From: a virus
Length of the DNA stretch: 64,000 bases
Direction: 5' to 3' (one strand)
Virus record (IMG/VR): IMGVR_UViG_3300013130_002194
Location: 4,472-68,471 of that record
A program made the position numbers and the translations under genes. Position 1 is the stretch's first letter; each line of letters starts with the position of its first letter. This document shows positions 47,594 through 57,296 of the stretch, piece after piece. Below the pieces are notes generated by a model. The model saw nothing but the letters and a program-made list of their open reading frames with translations. It was not told the origin of the DNA and did no database searches.

Positions 47594-47883
47594 TTCAACC
47601 ATACGATAGCATATGTTCAATCGAGACTAGAAACAATTTCTACAAAGCATGTTCTTTTGTGTGCATGCTTAAAAATAAACGATTGAACTATGCTAACATT
47701 CTCATTATACTACTTCAAGAAAAAAAGTTAATCAGACTATTCAAGAATCTATGCAGTTTTGAAAATGATTATGAGTGCATTAGATTCTTTTTAGAGTGTG
47801 ATCCTAACATTTATAAATCTAAATACATAAAACGATTCTTAAAAATGCACTATGATAACGTCTACAGAAAAGAGAATTTATAA
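47590..47883 (+). CDS. Hypothetical protein
   Basis: 97 aa, coupled. Confidence 0.55.
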   Translation: MIQPYDSICSIETRNNFYKACSFVCMLKNKRLNYANILIILLQEKKLIRLFKNLCSFENDYECIRFFLECDPNIYKSKYIKRFLKMHYDNVYRKENL

Positions 47884-48505
47884 TACTTTTCTAGCCATAT
47901 TGCGAAAAAAGCAGAACAAACCATTTAAACTTCGCCAAGATTTCGAGAACTTTGAGCAGGATGAAAAGTATTCTGCTATTAAAAAACTTGCATATTTCTT
48001 TGATCGCTTTCCAAATATCGATATTAACGATTATTTCTTGGCTCCATATTCCATCTATGTAAACGATGAGAATACCTACTACGATCTTCAATTTTATCTG
48101 AGCCAAAAAGCTCGTTCTGTGTATACTATGCACATGAAAAAGAAAGAAAACGTCGATGCAGATTCAGAAGAAAATCTGAAAAAGTGTAAAGAATCTCTGC
48201 TGTTTATCTATAAATATTGTAAGGACAAAGGCTGCTCTGTAGAAGAGTATTTGAACCTTAAAGAGGAGAATTCGCTCTTGCCTGCCTTTGCTGTTCATTT
48301 AAAAAATAGAGACATTAACGTCTACGCGTTATTTGCCTTTGAAGACTTCGAGAATAAATTCTTTCAGATTCCTGCGGATTTGCTTGAATTCATCTTTGGG
48401 AGTCTGTATAATGATTTCGCACAACTTAGACGGAAATTTGTGATGTCTGAGAAGTGCAAACAGGTCTGTAGATCAGGCTTGAAAATAATAGAAACAAAAA
48501 GCTAG
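47852..48505 (+). CDS. Hypothetical, possibly gp59-like helicase loader
   Basis: 217 aa helical protein immediately upstream of gp32, as in T4; position only. Confidence 0.4.
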   Translation: MITSTEKRIYNTFLAILRKKQNKPFKLRQDFENFEQDEKYSAIKKLAYFFDRFPNIDINDYFLAPYSIYVNDENTYYDLQFYLSQKARSVYTMHMKKKENVDADSEENLKKCKESLLFIYKYCKDKGCSVEEYLNLKEENSLLPAFAVHLKNRDINVYALFAFEDFENKFFQIPADLLEFIFGSLYNDFAQLRRKFVMSEKCKQVCRSGLKIIETKS

Positions 48506-48541
48506 AAAAAACTAAAAATAGAAATATAATAAAAACAAAAT

Positions 48542-49429
48542 ATGAGTACATTTAATAAATCAATGTTTGAGTCGATTAAGGAAGAGTTGAACAAGTCCAA
48601 GGCTAAGTCCGGTCTCCGTGATATTCTCCGTACACCTCCTGGTCATACTTACACCGTGAGGCTTATTCCTAACATTCAAGAACCGAAGAAGACCTTCTTC
48701 CACTATTACAACTTTGGTTGGGAGTCTTATGCTACTGGTGAGTATGTTCAGTTTATCTCTCCTTCTACTTGGGGTGAGCGCGACCCGATTGCTGAAGGTC
48801 GTTTGAAGTGCTTAAAGCATGGTACTGCTGAAGAGAAGGCCAAGGCTGAGAAGCTCTTGCGTCGTGAGAATTGGTTAGTTAACGTTTATGTTATTAACGA
48901 TACCAATGAACCTGAGAATAATGGTAAAGTGAAGATGCTTCGATATGGTCGTCAGATTCAAAAGATTATTGATGAGGCTATGAACGGTGAAGATGCTGAT
49001 CAGTACGGTGCTCGTATCTTTGACTTGAGTGGGTCTGGTTGTTCGTTCAAGATCAAGGCTGAGAAGCAAGGCGACTTCCCGACTTTTGTCTCTTCTCGCT
49101 TCTCTGTGCCTGGTGAAGTGCCAGCGCTTGGTAGTGATAACAAGAAGATCGAGGCTGTTTATAACTCTATTCACGATCTTGATACTGTGTTCCGTGTTCA
49201 GTCTTATGATGAGCTCAAGAGCGCTTTCGAAAAGCATTTCTTGTGTGAGTCTTCTGCAGCTCCGGCTTCTAAAGCTGAGTCTGATAGTGATGAAAGTCCG
49301 TTTGTTGAGTCTAAGAAGTCTGCTGGTCGTACGTTGCCTAAGCCAGTTGAGCCTGAGGCTGCTGACGAAGATGATGCAGATGGATTGGATGATGCTAAGG
49401 TTGCTGAGTTGCTCAAGGGTTTGAGTTAA
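48542..49429 (+). CDS. gp32: Single-stranded DNA-binding protein
   Basis: VRLIP, NVYVIND...PENNGKV...YG..I, IFDL...G..FKIK, acidic C-tail. Confidence 0.9.
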   Translation: MSTFNKSMFESIKEELNKSKAKSGLRDILRTPPGHTYTVRLIPNIQEPKKTFFHYYNFGWESYATGEYVQFISPSTWGERDPIAEGRLKCLKHGTAEEKAKAEKLLRRENWLVNVYVINDTNEPENNGKVKMLRYGRQIQKIIDEAMNGEDADQYGARIFDLSGSGCSFKIKAEKQGDFPTFVSSRFSVPGEVPALGSDNKKIEAVYNSIHDLDTVFRVQSYDELKSAFEKHFLCESSAAPASKAESDSDESPFVESKKSAGRTLPKPVEPEAADEDDADGLDDAKVAELLKGLS

Positions 49430-49445
49430 CATAGTTAGTTGTCGC

Positions 49446-49479
49446 AACGGCAGAGCTCAAAAGGCTCTGCCGTTTTTTT
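49446..49479 (+). terminator. Intrinsic terminator after gp32
   Basis: AACGGCAGAGC-loop-GCTCTGCCGTTTTTTT. Confidence 0.88.
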
Positions 49480-49513
49480 GTGGCTATCTGTAAACTATCT
49501 CATAAAATATCGT

Positions 49514-50068
49514 ATGAATCAAGGACATGACGAACCAATGGATCAAGAAGCAATTTATGCAATAGCCCATTTGGCTGGACAAGCAGCTAGTGAGCTAAAG
49601 GCTCTTGATAAGTTGGCTTTAGGCTCAAGTCCAAACATGAAAGGATTGCAATTTGAACCTCAAGAACTTATTCGCCAAAATTTTTTACCAAGGATGCAGG
49701 TTAATGGAGTGCCCCCTGCATCCGCAAACTATCGCATGCGAGCACCACAACCACCTCAACAGCAACCACCTCAACAGCAACCACCTCAACAGCAACCACC
49801 TCAACAGCAACCACCTCCACTACAAATGATGCAGCCGCAACCAGCACAACAGGCGCCTCAAGTCTTTGCTGGTGTAGCTTCTAATATTTCAGAGACTCAA
49901 ATTTCATTGTTGATAGAGAAGTTGCTTAGAGTTGAGCGTTTGCTTGATTCTTGTGTTAGTGGTCAAGAACGTCTGCAAACAACTCTCGATAAGAGCTTGG
50001 AAAAGTTGTTGCAAAAGAAAATGAAAGACATTAAAATTACGTTCAAAGATGACTATTCCGATTCATAA
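49514..50068 (+). CDS. Hypothetical protein with Q/P-rich low-complexity core and coiled coil
   Basis: ATG 49514; (PPQQQ)4. Confidence 0.6.
   Translation: MNQGHDEPMDQEAIYAIAHLAGQAASELKALDKLALGSSPNMKGLQFEPQELIRQNFLPRMQVNGVPPASANYRMRAPQPPQQQPPQQQPPQQQPPQQQPPPLQMMQPQPAQQAPQVFAGVASNISETQISLLIEKLLRVERLLDSCVSGQERLQTTLDKSLEKLLQKKMKDIKITFKDDYSDS
49748..49817. repeat. 15-bp tandem repeat (CAACCACCTCAACAG) x4.7
   Basis: Direct reading. Confidence 0.9.
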
Positions 50069-50786
50069 CAAGAATGATTTTGTAGACAAGTTTCTTACTC
50101 CCTTGTCTCGAATTAACAACTCCTGCTCATTACATCTCAAGGGTGATAAGCTAACTGCTCTTGTAGCTACTCCAGATGCATCAGTTATTCTAAATGCTAT
50201 CTGGAAGTTTAGTGATGATATCTTTGAAGAGAATAAGCTAAACATCCCTGATATTAATAAGCTCATTAAGGTTCTTGATTGTATTAGAGAAGAGTATGTA
50301 TCATTAAAGATTAACTCTAACAACATTAGTTACAATGAAAAGGGTATTAAGTTTAAGTATCATCTTCTTGAAGATGGTATTTTATCTACCCCTGCTATTA
50401 ACATTGAAAAGGTAAAGGCATTGAAGTATGATACTGAGTTTAATATTGCTGGGCAAGATCTTCAAGCCTTGATTAAGAGCTCAACCTTTGCTTCAGAGAC
50501 TGATAAGTTATACATTAGAACGGGTGATGGAATTGTTTATAGCGAGTTGACTGATAAGAACAAGTCTAATGTAGACTCTATTGAGCTTGTACTGTCTTCT
50601 GAGTTCTCTGGTTCTGAGATTGATAATCCGTTGGCTCTTAGCTTTGAAATTATTCGTATCGTGTCATGCAATCGTTTTAGTAATGTAGCAACAAAGATTA
50701 ATACTAACCTTGGAGTTTTGCTTTTTGAGCTAAATAATGATAACGTTGAACTTATCTATGTCGCATCAGGATTGGCAGAAACCTAA
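50049..50786 (+). CDS. gp45: DNA polymerase sliding clamp
   Basis: 245 aa, L..INNS, IPDINKL..VL, two-domain clamp-like pattern in the replication cluster. Confidence 0.7.
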   Translation: MTIPIHNKNDFVDKFLTPLSRINNSCSLHLKGDKLTALVATPDASVILNAIWKFSDDIFEENKLNIPDINKLIKVLDCIREEYVSLKINSNNISYNEKGIKFKYHLLEDGILSTPAINIEKVKALKYDTEFNIAGQDLQALIKSSTFASETDKLYIRTGDGIVYSELTDKNKSNVDSIELVLSSEFSGSEIDNPLALSFEIIRIVSCNRFSNVATKINTNLGVLLFELNNDNVELIYVASGLAET

Positions 50787-51117
50787 GAACAAAATAACAA
50801 CTCAAGGCTACTTTATTAAGAGGCTGAGAGACTCTGGTTATACTGCTTGTAGAATTTTTAATGGGTACAAGATATACGATCCTCGTAAATGGACTATTCT
50901 TGTTAATCCAGAAAACGAGGCTATCTGGGTCACCTTAGTTCAAAACAAACAGAATTATGGTGACTTTTACTTTGAGCTAAATGATGGTGGTTTAAGATTC
51001 CCTAAAAACTTTGGCATAAATACTGATAGCTTTGAAGTTATTCTTAACTTCTTAAACGAGAAAGGTATTACAGGTATATGGACGAAAAATCGAGAAAAGA
51101 ATTACAACAACGTATAG
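50758..51117 (+). CDS. Hypothetical protein
   Basis: ATG 50758; YFIKRLRDSGY, DPRKWT. Confidence 0.6.
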   Translation: MSHQDWQKPKNKITTQGYFIKRLRDSGYTACRIFNGYKIYDPRKWTILVNPENEAIWVTLVQNKQNYGDFYFELNDGGLRFPKNFGINTDSFEVILNFLNEKGITGIWTKNREKNYNNV

Positions 51118-51341
51118 CATCAGCTTTCTTGGAAGAGCCAGATAGCCCTTTTGAAAAAAACTGCAAAATGACTGTAAATTTTTTAGATCAAGTGCTATCA
51201 AATTACATGGTTATAGGTTACGATTTAGATAATGTACCATTTGTAATTTGTAATAATAAGACACAAAAAGATGCTGATGCTCTCAAGACTCTTTTAACGA
51301 AAGTTATGATGGGTCAAGACTTGAACATTAAAAAAATCTAG
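51078..51341 (+). CDS. Hypothetical protein
   Basis: 87 aa, coupled. Confidence 0.55.
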   Translation: MDEKSRKELQQRIASAFLEEPDSPFEKNCKMTVNFLDQVLSNYMVIGYDLDNVPFVICNNKTQKDADALKTLLTKVMMGQDLNIKKI

Positions 51342-51354
51342 TATATAATTTTAT

Positions 51355-52227
51355 ATGCATACACCTGGTGTGGCCATCTTCGGTGGGGGCTATGTTGGTT
51401 CCAACCTCTTTAAAGAACTCCAAAAATCCTACAAGCTTGAATCTTTTTTAATTGATAGAAAGAAGCTAGACTATACAAATGAAACAGCTCTGCGTGAGTT
51501 TTTTGAAGCATGTGAACCAGACTTTGTTGTTAACTGTGTGGGATTTACAGGACGACCAAATGTAGATGCCTGCGAACTCAATAAAGAAGAAACCTACAAG
51601 CTCAATGTTCAATTGCCTATTTTAATGGCAAAGCTTTGTGAAGAGTATAGGGCTAGTTTGTATCATATTTCTTCAGGTTGCATTTACTCTGGTTATGATT
51701 TTACATATAACGAGACTCATGTACCAGATTTCGGTGTGTTTAATGAAAAGAGTTCTTTTTATTCTAAGACTAAGCATGCTGCTGAATTGGCATTAGCTCA
51801 GTTCAGCAATGTTAAGATTCTACGTATTAGAATGCCGTTTTGTGGTGAACACACAGATCGTAACTATCTATTGAAGATTCGTAAGTATAGCAACCTTCTA
51901 AACGAGGTTAATTCAAAGACTCATATACCAGGGTTTGTAGAAATTGTTAAAAAGCTTCTTGAGACTAATAATGAGAGAGTTCCAAAGTACACTCTTAATG
52001 TTTGTAACCCTTACCCTCTTAGGACTGACCAGGTTGTAGAGATTTACCGCAAACATAATTATGATAACCCTAGTTGGAAGTTTATCAGCTATGATGAATT
52101 GCCTATTAAGGCTAATCGTTCAAATTGTATCATGGATTGTTCTAAGCTAAAAGAGTTTGGCTTTGAATTCGATTCAGAAGAGGAAGCAATTACCAAAAGT
52201 ATCATTTCATTGAGAGACAATGCTTAA
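51355..52227 (+). CDS. NDP-4-keto-6-deoxy-sugar reductase (RmlD / NRS-ER-like SDR)
   Basis: GGGYVG Rossmann, GFTGRPNVDACE, SSGCIY, SFYSKTK (YxxxK), LRIRMP, RSNC; TTGAAC-N17-TATAAT promoter 5 nt upstream. Confidence 0.85.
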   Translation: MHTPGVAIFGGGYVGSNLFKELQKSYKLESFLIDRKKLDYTNETALREFFEACEPDFVVNCVGFTGRPNVDACELNKEETYKLNVQLPILMAKLCEEYRASLYHISSGCIYSGYDFTYNETHVPDFGVFNEKSSFYSKTKHAAELALAQFSNVKILRIRMPFCGEHTDRNYLLKIRKYSNLLNEVNSKTHIPGFVEIVKKLLETNNERVPKYTLNVCNPYPLRTDQVVEIYRKHNYDNPSWKFISYDELPIKANRSNCIMDCSKLKEFGFEFDSEEEAITKSIISLRDNA

Positions 52228-52588
52228 TAAACTTAAGAATTTATATAGAAGCAAGTCATACAATAATGACTATGAGGGTAATCTTTACTTCATAAATGGA
52301 GGAAAGTATAAAGGAGATTATTATGTAATTGTAGGTGAAAACCAAGGCAATTATACTATGTTTAATCTCACCCCTGATTCTGACGGAGTTAAAGTTTTTT
52401 ATGTACCTAGAGAGAAGTTGCTTTCTGGAGTAAATGAGAAAATAGTTGACTTTGTTGAAAGACTTCCATATAATATCTATATAGACTGCAAAAACGTCTA
52501 CCTAAAAAATGAAAACTCTAATTCTAGATTGCAACAATCTACTGTACCGGACGTTTTGGCTGTCGAAGAACAAGACCCTGACGAATAG
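52220..52588 (+). CDS. Hypothetical protein
   Basis: 122 aa. Confidence 0.5.
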   Translation: MLNKLKNLYRSKSYNNDYEGNLYFINGGKYKGDYYVIVGENQGNYTMFNLTPDSDGVKVFYVPREKLLSGVNEKIVDFVERLPYNIYIDCKNVYLKNENSNSRLQQSTVPDVLAVEEQDPDE

Positions 52589-53414
52589 TAGAGGAGAAAA
52601 TGTAGGAGGGGTCTACTTTTTTTTAAACTGTATTAAGTCTTACACTAAGCAATACGAACCTGATCGTATCTTTGCTGCTTGGGATAAAAAGCTAACCTGG
52701 CCATCTTCTAACTTTCGCAAGGAGATGCTTTCTGTTCATTACAAAGGCAACCGTAATTATACCCCTTTTGAAGGAGTTCATAATTATGATGACTTAATTC
52801 AGCAAATGCTTTCTAATCTTAACATTAAGAATATTTATCCTAATGTTATGGAAGCAGATGATGTAATTGCCTGGCTATGTCACAAGCTCGATGGGGAAAA
52901 GGTTGTTGTCTCTACTGATAAAGATCTTTGGCAGTTAGTTGATAAGGATACAAAGGTTTTCTTCCCTACTGGCAAGAAAGAAATTAATCTTAACAACTTC
53001 GCAAAAGAAGCAGGGATCGCTAAAGAACATTATTTGCTTTATAAGTGTGTTCTTGGGGATATCTCTGATAATGTTAAGGGAGTTGAGGGGTATGGTAAAG
53101 TAAAGGCAAAGAAAGTTGCTGAAAATGGTATTTCAATGCTTACCGAGGATCAGCAACAAGTAGTTCATACTAATCTTAAGCTGTCTGACTTGCTCTACGG
53201 TTATCAATATTACCCTGAAGAGGAGATTTGCTACAAAGAACAGATGGCTCAGCTACAGGATAACACATTGGATATGGAGTCTTTTAAAGATATTGTTTCT
53301 TACTTAGAGCTTGATTCTATCACGAAAGACATTAACATATGGGTCAATACCTTTGAAAAGAAGAAAAACATCACTAAGTGTATAGAAGATTTGAAGAAGC
53401 GACTAAATATTTGA
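52509..53414 (+). CDS. rnh: 5'-3' exonuclease / T4 RNase H-like flap nuclease
   Basis: LILD.NNLLYR, AWD, FRK....YKGNR, EADDVIA, STDKDLWQL, GD.SDNVKGV.GYG. Confidence 0.9.
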   Translation: MKTLILDCNNLLYRTFWLSKNKTLTNSRGENVGGVYFFLNCIKSYTKQYEPDRIFAAWDKKLTWPSSNFRKEMLSVHYKGNRNYTPFEGVHNYDDLIQQMLSNLNIKNIYPNVMEADDVIAWLCHKLDGEKVVVSTDKDLWQLVDKDTKVFFPTGKKEINLNNFAKEAGIAKEHYLLYKCVLGDISDNVKGVEGYGKVKAKKVAENGISMLTEDQQQVVHTNLKLSDLLYGYQYYPEEEICYKEQMAQLQDNTLDMESFKDIVSYLELDSITKDINIWVNTFEKKKNITKCIEDLKKRLNI

Positions 53415-53415
53415 T

Positions 53416-53619
53416 ATGAATAACGAACCGTTTGTTAGACCTGTCAAAGTCCCTTCTCCATACACAGGAGATTATTGTCAACCTCGTATCAGAGAAACTT
53501 CCGATAAGAACTATCGTATCAAGGAAGCTATCTGGGTCTGCCCTACTACTGGTGAATTCTTCAAGAGAGGTATCGTTTCACGCGAACCAATCAATCCACC
53601 AAATGAGAGTGCTTCCTAA
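53416..53619 (+). CDS. Small hypothetical late protein
   Basis: TAAATA then ATG; SPYTG..C, W.CPTTG. Confidence 0.55.
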   Translation: MNNEPFVRPVKVPSPYTGDYCQPRIRETSDKNYRIKEAIWVCPTTGEFFKRGIVSREPINPPNESAS

Positions 53620-54670
53620 CGACTACGCTGTACAAAAGTTTTTACAGTTTGCTGGTTACCCAAAGTTCAAGCGCCACACTCAAGTTTATGAGGGTGGCTG
53701 CCCTACTTGTAGAGAGGGTAACTCTTGGGGCAAGAAAAGACGTCTTTATTTCATTACTAAAAAGAGTCTTATTTGTTGCCATAATTGTGGTTTAAGTCTT
53801 TCAACCTATAGCTGGGTTAAAGAGGTATGTAAGTTGTCTGATAAAGATATTCTCAAAGAACTATCAGAGAGAGATTTTTTACTCAAAGATAGTGTTTCTG
53901 CTCAGGAGCAGAAACCTGAGAAAGAGCAAACAATAAAAAAGCAAAGTGCTCTGCCTGATGATAGTATTAATCTTAGCGATCTAAACCAAGTAGAATACTT
54001 TAAAAACGAACCAGGTATTAAGGCTGCTTTAGAATACATTAAAGAACGTAAGCTTGATATAGCCTGTAACAAGCCAAAAGACTTCTGGATCTCTCTTAAA
54101 GACCCTATTCATAAAAATCGTTTAGTTATCCCGTTTTATGATAAAGGTAAGATTGTATATTATCAAACACGTACAATCATTGAGAATAAAACTAAGCACT
54201 TCCCAAAGTATCTTAGTAAAATGGGTGCACAGAAGTCTTTATTTAACATTGATAATGTAGATGCATCTAAGGAGAATTACTTTGTATTTGAAGGGCCAAT
54301 TAATGCCTGCTTTAGTAAGAACAGCATAGCTGTTGCTGGTATTCAAGAGAGTAGCAAAAAGAACTTTACTGAGTTTCAAGGTCAGCAATTGAAGAGATTG
54401 TTTCTTATGAAGCGAATCTGGGTACTTGATAGTCAATGGCTAGATAATGCTAGCAGAAAGAAGAGCAAGATCTTGCTTGATCAAGGAGAGACTGTTTTTG
54501 TGTGGCCAAAAGAGTATGGTACTATTTTCAAAGACTTTAATGATATTGCAAAAAAATTGAACCTTTCCGAAATTCCAGAAAAGTTCATTCTCGATAATAG
54601 TTATGACAGGCTTAAAGGTAATATTAAGCTCGGTATTATTAATTACTCTTCATCGCTTGAGAGCATGTAG
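53603..54670 (+). CDS. gp61: DNA primase
   Basis: CPTC...CHNCG zinc finger, RLVIPFYD, YYQTR, PKY, TOPRIM FEGPINA, KDFND. Confidence 0.9.
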   Translation: MRVLPNDYAVQKFLQFAGYPKFKRHTQVYEGGCPTCREGNSWGKKRRLYFITKKSLICCHNCGLSLSTYSWVKEVCKLSDKDILKELSERDFLLKDSVSAQEQKPEKEQTIKKQSALPDDSINLSDLNQVEYFKNEPGIKAALEYIKERKLDIACNKPKDFWISLKDPIHKNRLVIPFYDKGKIVYYQTRTIIENKTKHFPKYLSKMGAQKSLFNIDNVDASKENYFVFEGPINACFSKNSIAVAGIQESSKKNFTEFQGQQLKRLFLMKRIWVLDSQWLDNASRKKSKILLDQGETVFVWPKEYGTIFKDFNDIAKKLNLSEIPEKFILDNSYDRLKGNIKLGIINYSSSLESM

Positions 54671-55074
54671 CCCTTGAAAGACTCAGTCAAAGCAGACATT
54701 TCTTGAGCGAGTCTAGCAATTCTCTTTCTCTCACCTCTTGCGATTTCAGCAAATAATGTACCCTCACCAGCATCATTCAATAATTTTTGAATAGAGTTAT
54801 TATCAACACCGTTTAGATATGATGTAAAATTGGTAAGCTTTTCAATCCATTGCCCCAATTGCTTCACTTGCTTTTCTCTAACTTGATCTTCCGGAGATAC
54901 AGCAGGTGCACCTGTTGGAGTGTTTGTATCAAAATCTTCAGGATTTGTACCATCGTCCAATGAAGCAGCAAAGGCTTCTTCGTCCCCAATTTCATTTAGG
55001 TTTACTTCTAACTCTGGATTTTCAGGTTCGTCTTGCTCTAACAGATGAAAAACTCTGTGATTAAATGCTTTCAT
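54643..55074 (-). CDS. Hypothetical acidic late protein
   Basis: MKAFNHRVFHLLEQDE N-terminus; late motif upstream. Confidence 0.6.
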   Translation of the reverse strand: MKAFNHRVFHLLEQDEPENPELEVNLNEIGDEEAFAASLDDGTNPEDFDTNTPTGAPAVSPEDQVREKQVKQLGQWIEKLTNFTSYLNGVDNNSIQKLLNDAGEGTLFAEIARGERKRIARLAQEMSALTESFKGYMLSSDEE

Positions 55075-55077
55075 AGC

Positions 55078-55091
55078 TATAAATATTTATG
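55078..55091. promoter_or_regulatory. Palindromic bidirectional late promoter TATAAATATTTAT
   Basis: Only a 19-bp gap between divergent genes; TAAATA on both strands. Confidence 0.65.
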
Positions 55092-55093
55092 TT

Positions 55094-55465
55094 ATGAAAC
55101 GACTTTTATTCGAGGATATGGATATGTATTATAACAAATACAATGCCAATATCGCTGCTCGAGATCTCAAGCCACCCACACACACCTTACAAGACTTATT
55201 AAACTATTTCACAAATCAATATCCAAATATTATTAGAGCACCTAAGCAATCACCTGCTCCTCTAATTAACTCTGATACTAAGTCATTAGAGATGTATAAT
55301 ATGGTTATGGATTTAAAATCTAATATTCAGGCATCTATGGGTAACCCAGTTATTCGTAAAAACCCTAAATTATTATCCAGAGCCAGTCATGCAGTTAAGT
55401 TATTAAATGGTGTATTGAAGAGTATTAAAACAGTTGATAAACTGCTGCTTCAATATAAAATCTAG
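55094..55465 (+). CDS. Hypothetical late protein
   Basis: MKRLLFED N-terminus. Confidence 0.6.
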   Translation: MKRLLFEDMDMYYNKYNANIAARDLKPPTHTLQDLLNYFTNQYPNIIRAPKQSPAPLINSDTKSLEMYNMVMDLKSNIQASMGNPVIRKNPKLLSRASHAVKLLNGVLKSIKTVDKLLLQYKI

Positions 55466-55466
55466 T

Positions 55467-55838
55467 ATGGTTAAGAAGCTTCTTTTATCACTTGCAATAA
55501 CCCTTGGCATTAGCTCGGGGATTTCTTATTTTTTAACTAGCTTTGAAATACCGTTTTTCAAATCGTTTATTTTTGCTACGATTATTCAATTTATATTCTT
55601 CTATTTCTACAACTCCTATAACCAATCAAAGTTCAACAAATTTGCCGTGGAACAGTTGTCAGAAACAGAAATGCAATTCGAACAATCTGGAACAGAAGTT
55701 ACCTGTGCCAATTGTAAGAAAGAAGTTTTTGCTCCTATTGAGTTGCCTGAGCCTAGCAACTTTACTTGCCCGCATTGTGGTTCTGAAAACTCCATTTATC
55801 TAAATATTGAGACTGCAGTTACTACTCGCCCTGTATGA
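55467..55838 (+). CDS. Membrane protein with C-terminal zinc ribbon
   Basis: Two N-terminal hydrophobic helices; CANC...CPHC; TTGATA-N16-TAAAAT 5 nt upstream. Confidence 0.65.
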   Translation: MVKKLLLSLAITLGISSGISYFLTSFEIPFFKSFIFATIIQFIFFYFYNSYNQSKFNKFAVEQLSETEMQFEQSGTEVTCANCKKEVFAPIELPEPSNFTCPHCGSENSIYLNIETAVTTRPV

Positions 55839-56239
55839 TTAAAATGGATGAAAAAGAACCAGGTCTTAAACCTGTAAAAATAGAAGAAAAGAAAGTTGTG
55901 TATTCAGACATTGTTGAACAGCTAAAGCAATATTTTTTAAGTCGCAAAGGTTTAGACAAACGAGAATTTATTAACGCGATTGAGCTTTCCAAATTTCATA
56001 ATGCTGATTTTTTCAAGGTTGAGCCTCAGACTTACGCTACCTGTTTGCTCAGACTAGTCTTTGATGAAATTTTAGAAGAAGAAAAAAATGTTGAAAAAAG
56101 AGAGTATAAAAAAGCAGTTTTAGCTACTATGATGAATTCTCTCAACGAAATGTTTCCGGAAAAGTGTAAAGACAAGAGCAAAATTTTTTGTCTGTTTGCT
56201 GCTTACGTTATTGGAATTTTTGAACTCTTTGATGAATAA
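55835..56239 (+). CDS. Hypothetical protein
   Basis: 134 aa, coupled. Confidence 0.55.
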   Translation: MIKMDEKEPGLKPVKIEEKKVVYSDIVEQLKQYFLSRKGLDKREFINAIELSKFHNADFFKVEPQTYATCLLRLVFDEILEEEKNVEKREYKKAVLATMMNSLNEMFPEKCKDKSKIFCLFAAYVIGIFELFDE

Positions 56240-56513
56240 AAAGCTTGACGAGCCTACATTTTTCCTTTATACTAAGAGTGTGAAGAAAATTAAGTCTAAG
56301 AATATTCCTACCGAAATTATCGATAGTAATGAGAAGCTTTCTCGGTGGTTGGCTCTGATAGAAGGCATTGAAATTATTGAGCAGAAGGCTACTGAACTCA
56401 AGGTCGATAAGACTGAATTCGATAGCCTTTTGAAGCCACTAGCCTTGCAGAAGTATATCAACGAGCGTTATAATTCAATTAAGCTCGAACTCGATTATCA
56501 GAGTGGCAATTAA
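56232..56513 (+). CDS. Hypothetical protein
   Basis: ATG 56232; RWLAL.EG, LKPLALQKYI.ERY. Confidence 0.55.
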   Translation: MNKKLDEPTFFLYTKSVKKIKSKNIPTEIIDSNEKLSRWLALIEGIEIIEQKATELKVDKTEFDSLLKPLALQKYINERYNSIKLELDYQSGN

Positions 56514-57295
56514 TTATAACCACCGTATACATCGTCAGTATTACCATAGGCTTCGTAATCGAAGATATCGTTAGATACTTCGTTAGTAGTCTGTTCGAAT
56601 GGATTCATATTTCCATCGATTAGAACATCATTACCAGTAAACGTACCTGTAAATGTATCATCAATAACTTGATTGGATGCACCCTCTCTAGGTGAATTAG
56701 TCTCATAAGTAAAGTCAAAGCGCTTGGCTTTAATCATCCACAAGTAGTGACCCATTAATGGGTTTATTCGAGCAACATCTTCATCAAGACGTTGAGTGAG
56801 CTGGAATATTCTCCCTGTTCTACCGTTGATACGATCTCTGCCATACTCATTTAACTCAATTAAATCTCCAGCTTTTGGTTCTGGAATACCTGTAGGATAA
56901 TACTCAGATATAGCAGATAGAGCGCTACCAAACGAGCTTATTGTTACAATAGCAGTTAAATCATCATCTGATATCAAACCAAACTTACTTAACAATGGTG
57001 AAGCATCATTTACCTCAATATACATAATGAAGGTGTATGGTACTGAATATCCATCTAATGGAGCCTCTCCATATAAATTATCAGCATCTTCAAGGTTTGT
57101 ACCATTTATATAATAGTTAACGCTTTGACCATACATATTAATCATCTCAAAATAATAGTTTTGAGTGATTTCTCTTTCTCCCTGATTGGTATCTTTATCA
57201 AGCACACGGTAATTTTCCCCACAACTCAAGAACATATTATCTAATAAGTTGCAGTCTGCTATTACTGTAAACATTGATGCTGTATCAATAGCCAT
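56510..57295 (-). CDS. gp14: Neck protein
   Basis: E.INMYGQ.V.Y, LYGE, LLSKFGL..DD, PKAGDLI. Confidence 0.85.
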   Translation of the reverse strand: MAIDTASMFTVIADCNLLDNMFLSCGENYRVLDKDTNQGEREITQNYYFEMINMYGQSVNYYINGTNLEDADNLYGEAPLDGYSVPYTFIMYIEVNDASPLLSKFGLISDDDLTAIVTISSFGSALSAISEYYPTGIPEPKAGDLIELNEYGRDRINGRTGRIFQLTQRLDEDVARINPLMGHYLWMIKAKRFDFTYETNSPREGASNQVIDDTFTGTFTGNDVLIDGNMNPFEQTTNEVSNDIFDYEAYGNTDDVYGGYN

Positions 57296-57296
57296 A

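Noticed and set aside
49748-49817. Possible iteron/origin or CRISPR repeat
   Set aside because: In-frame coding repeat (PPQQQ) without spacers
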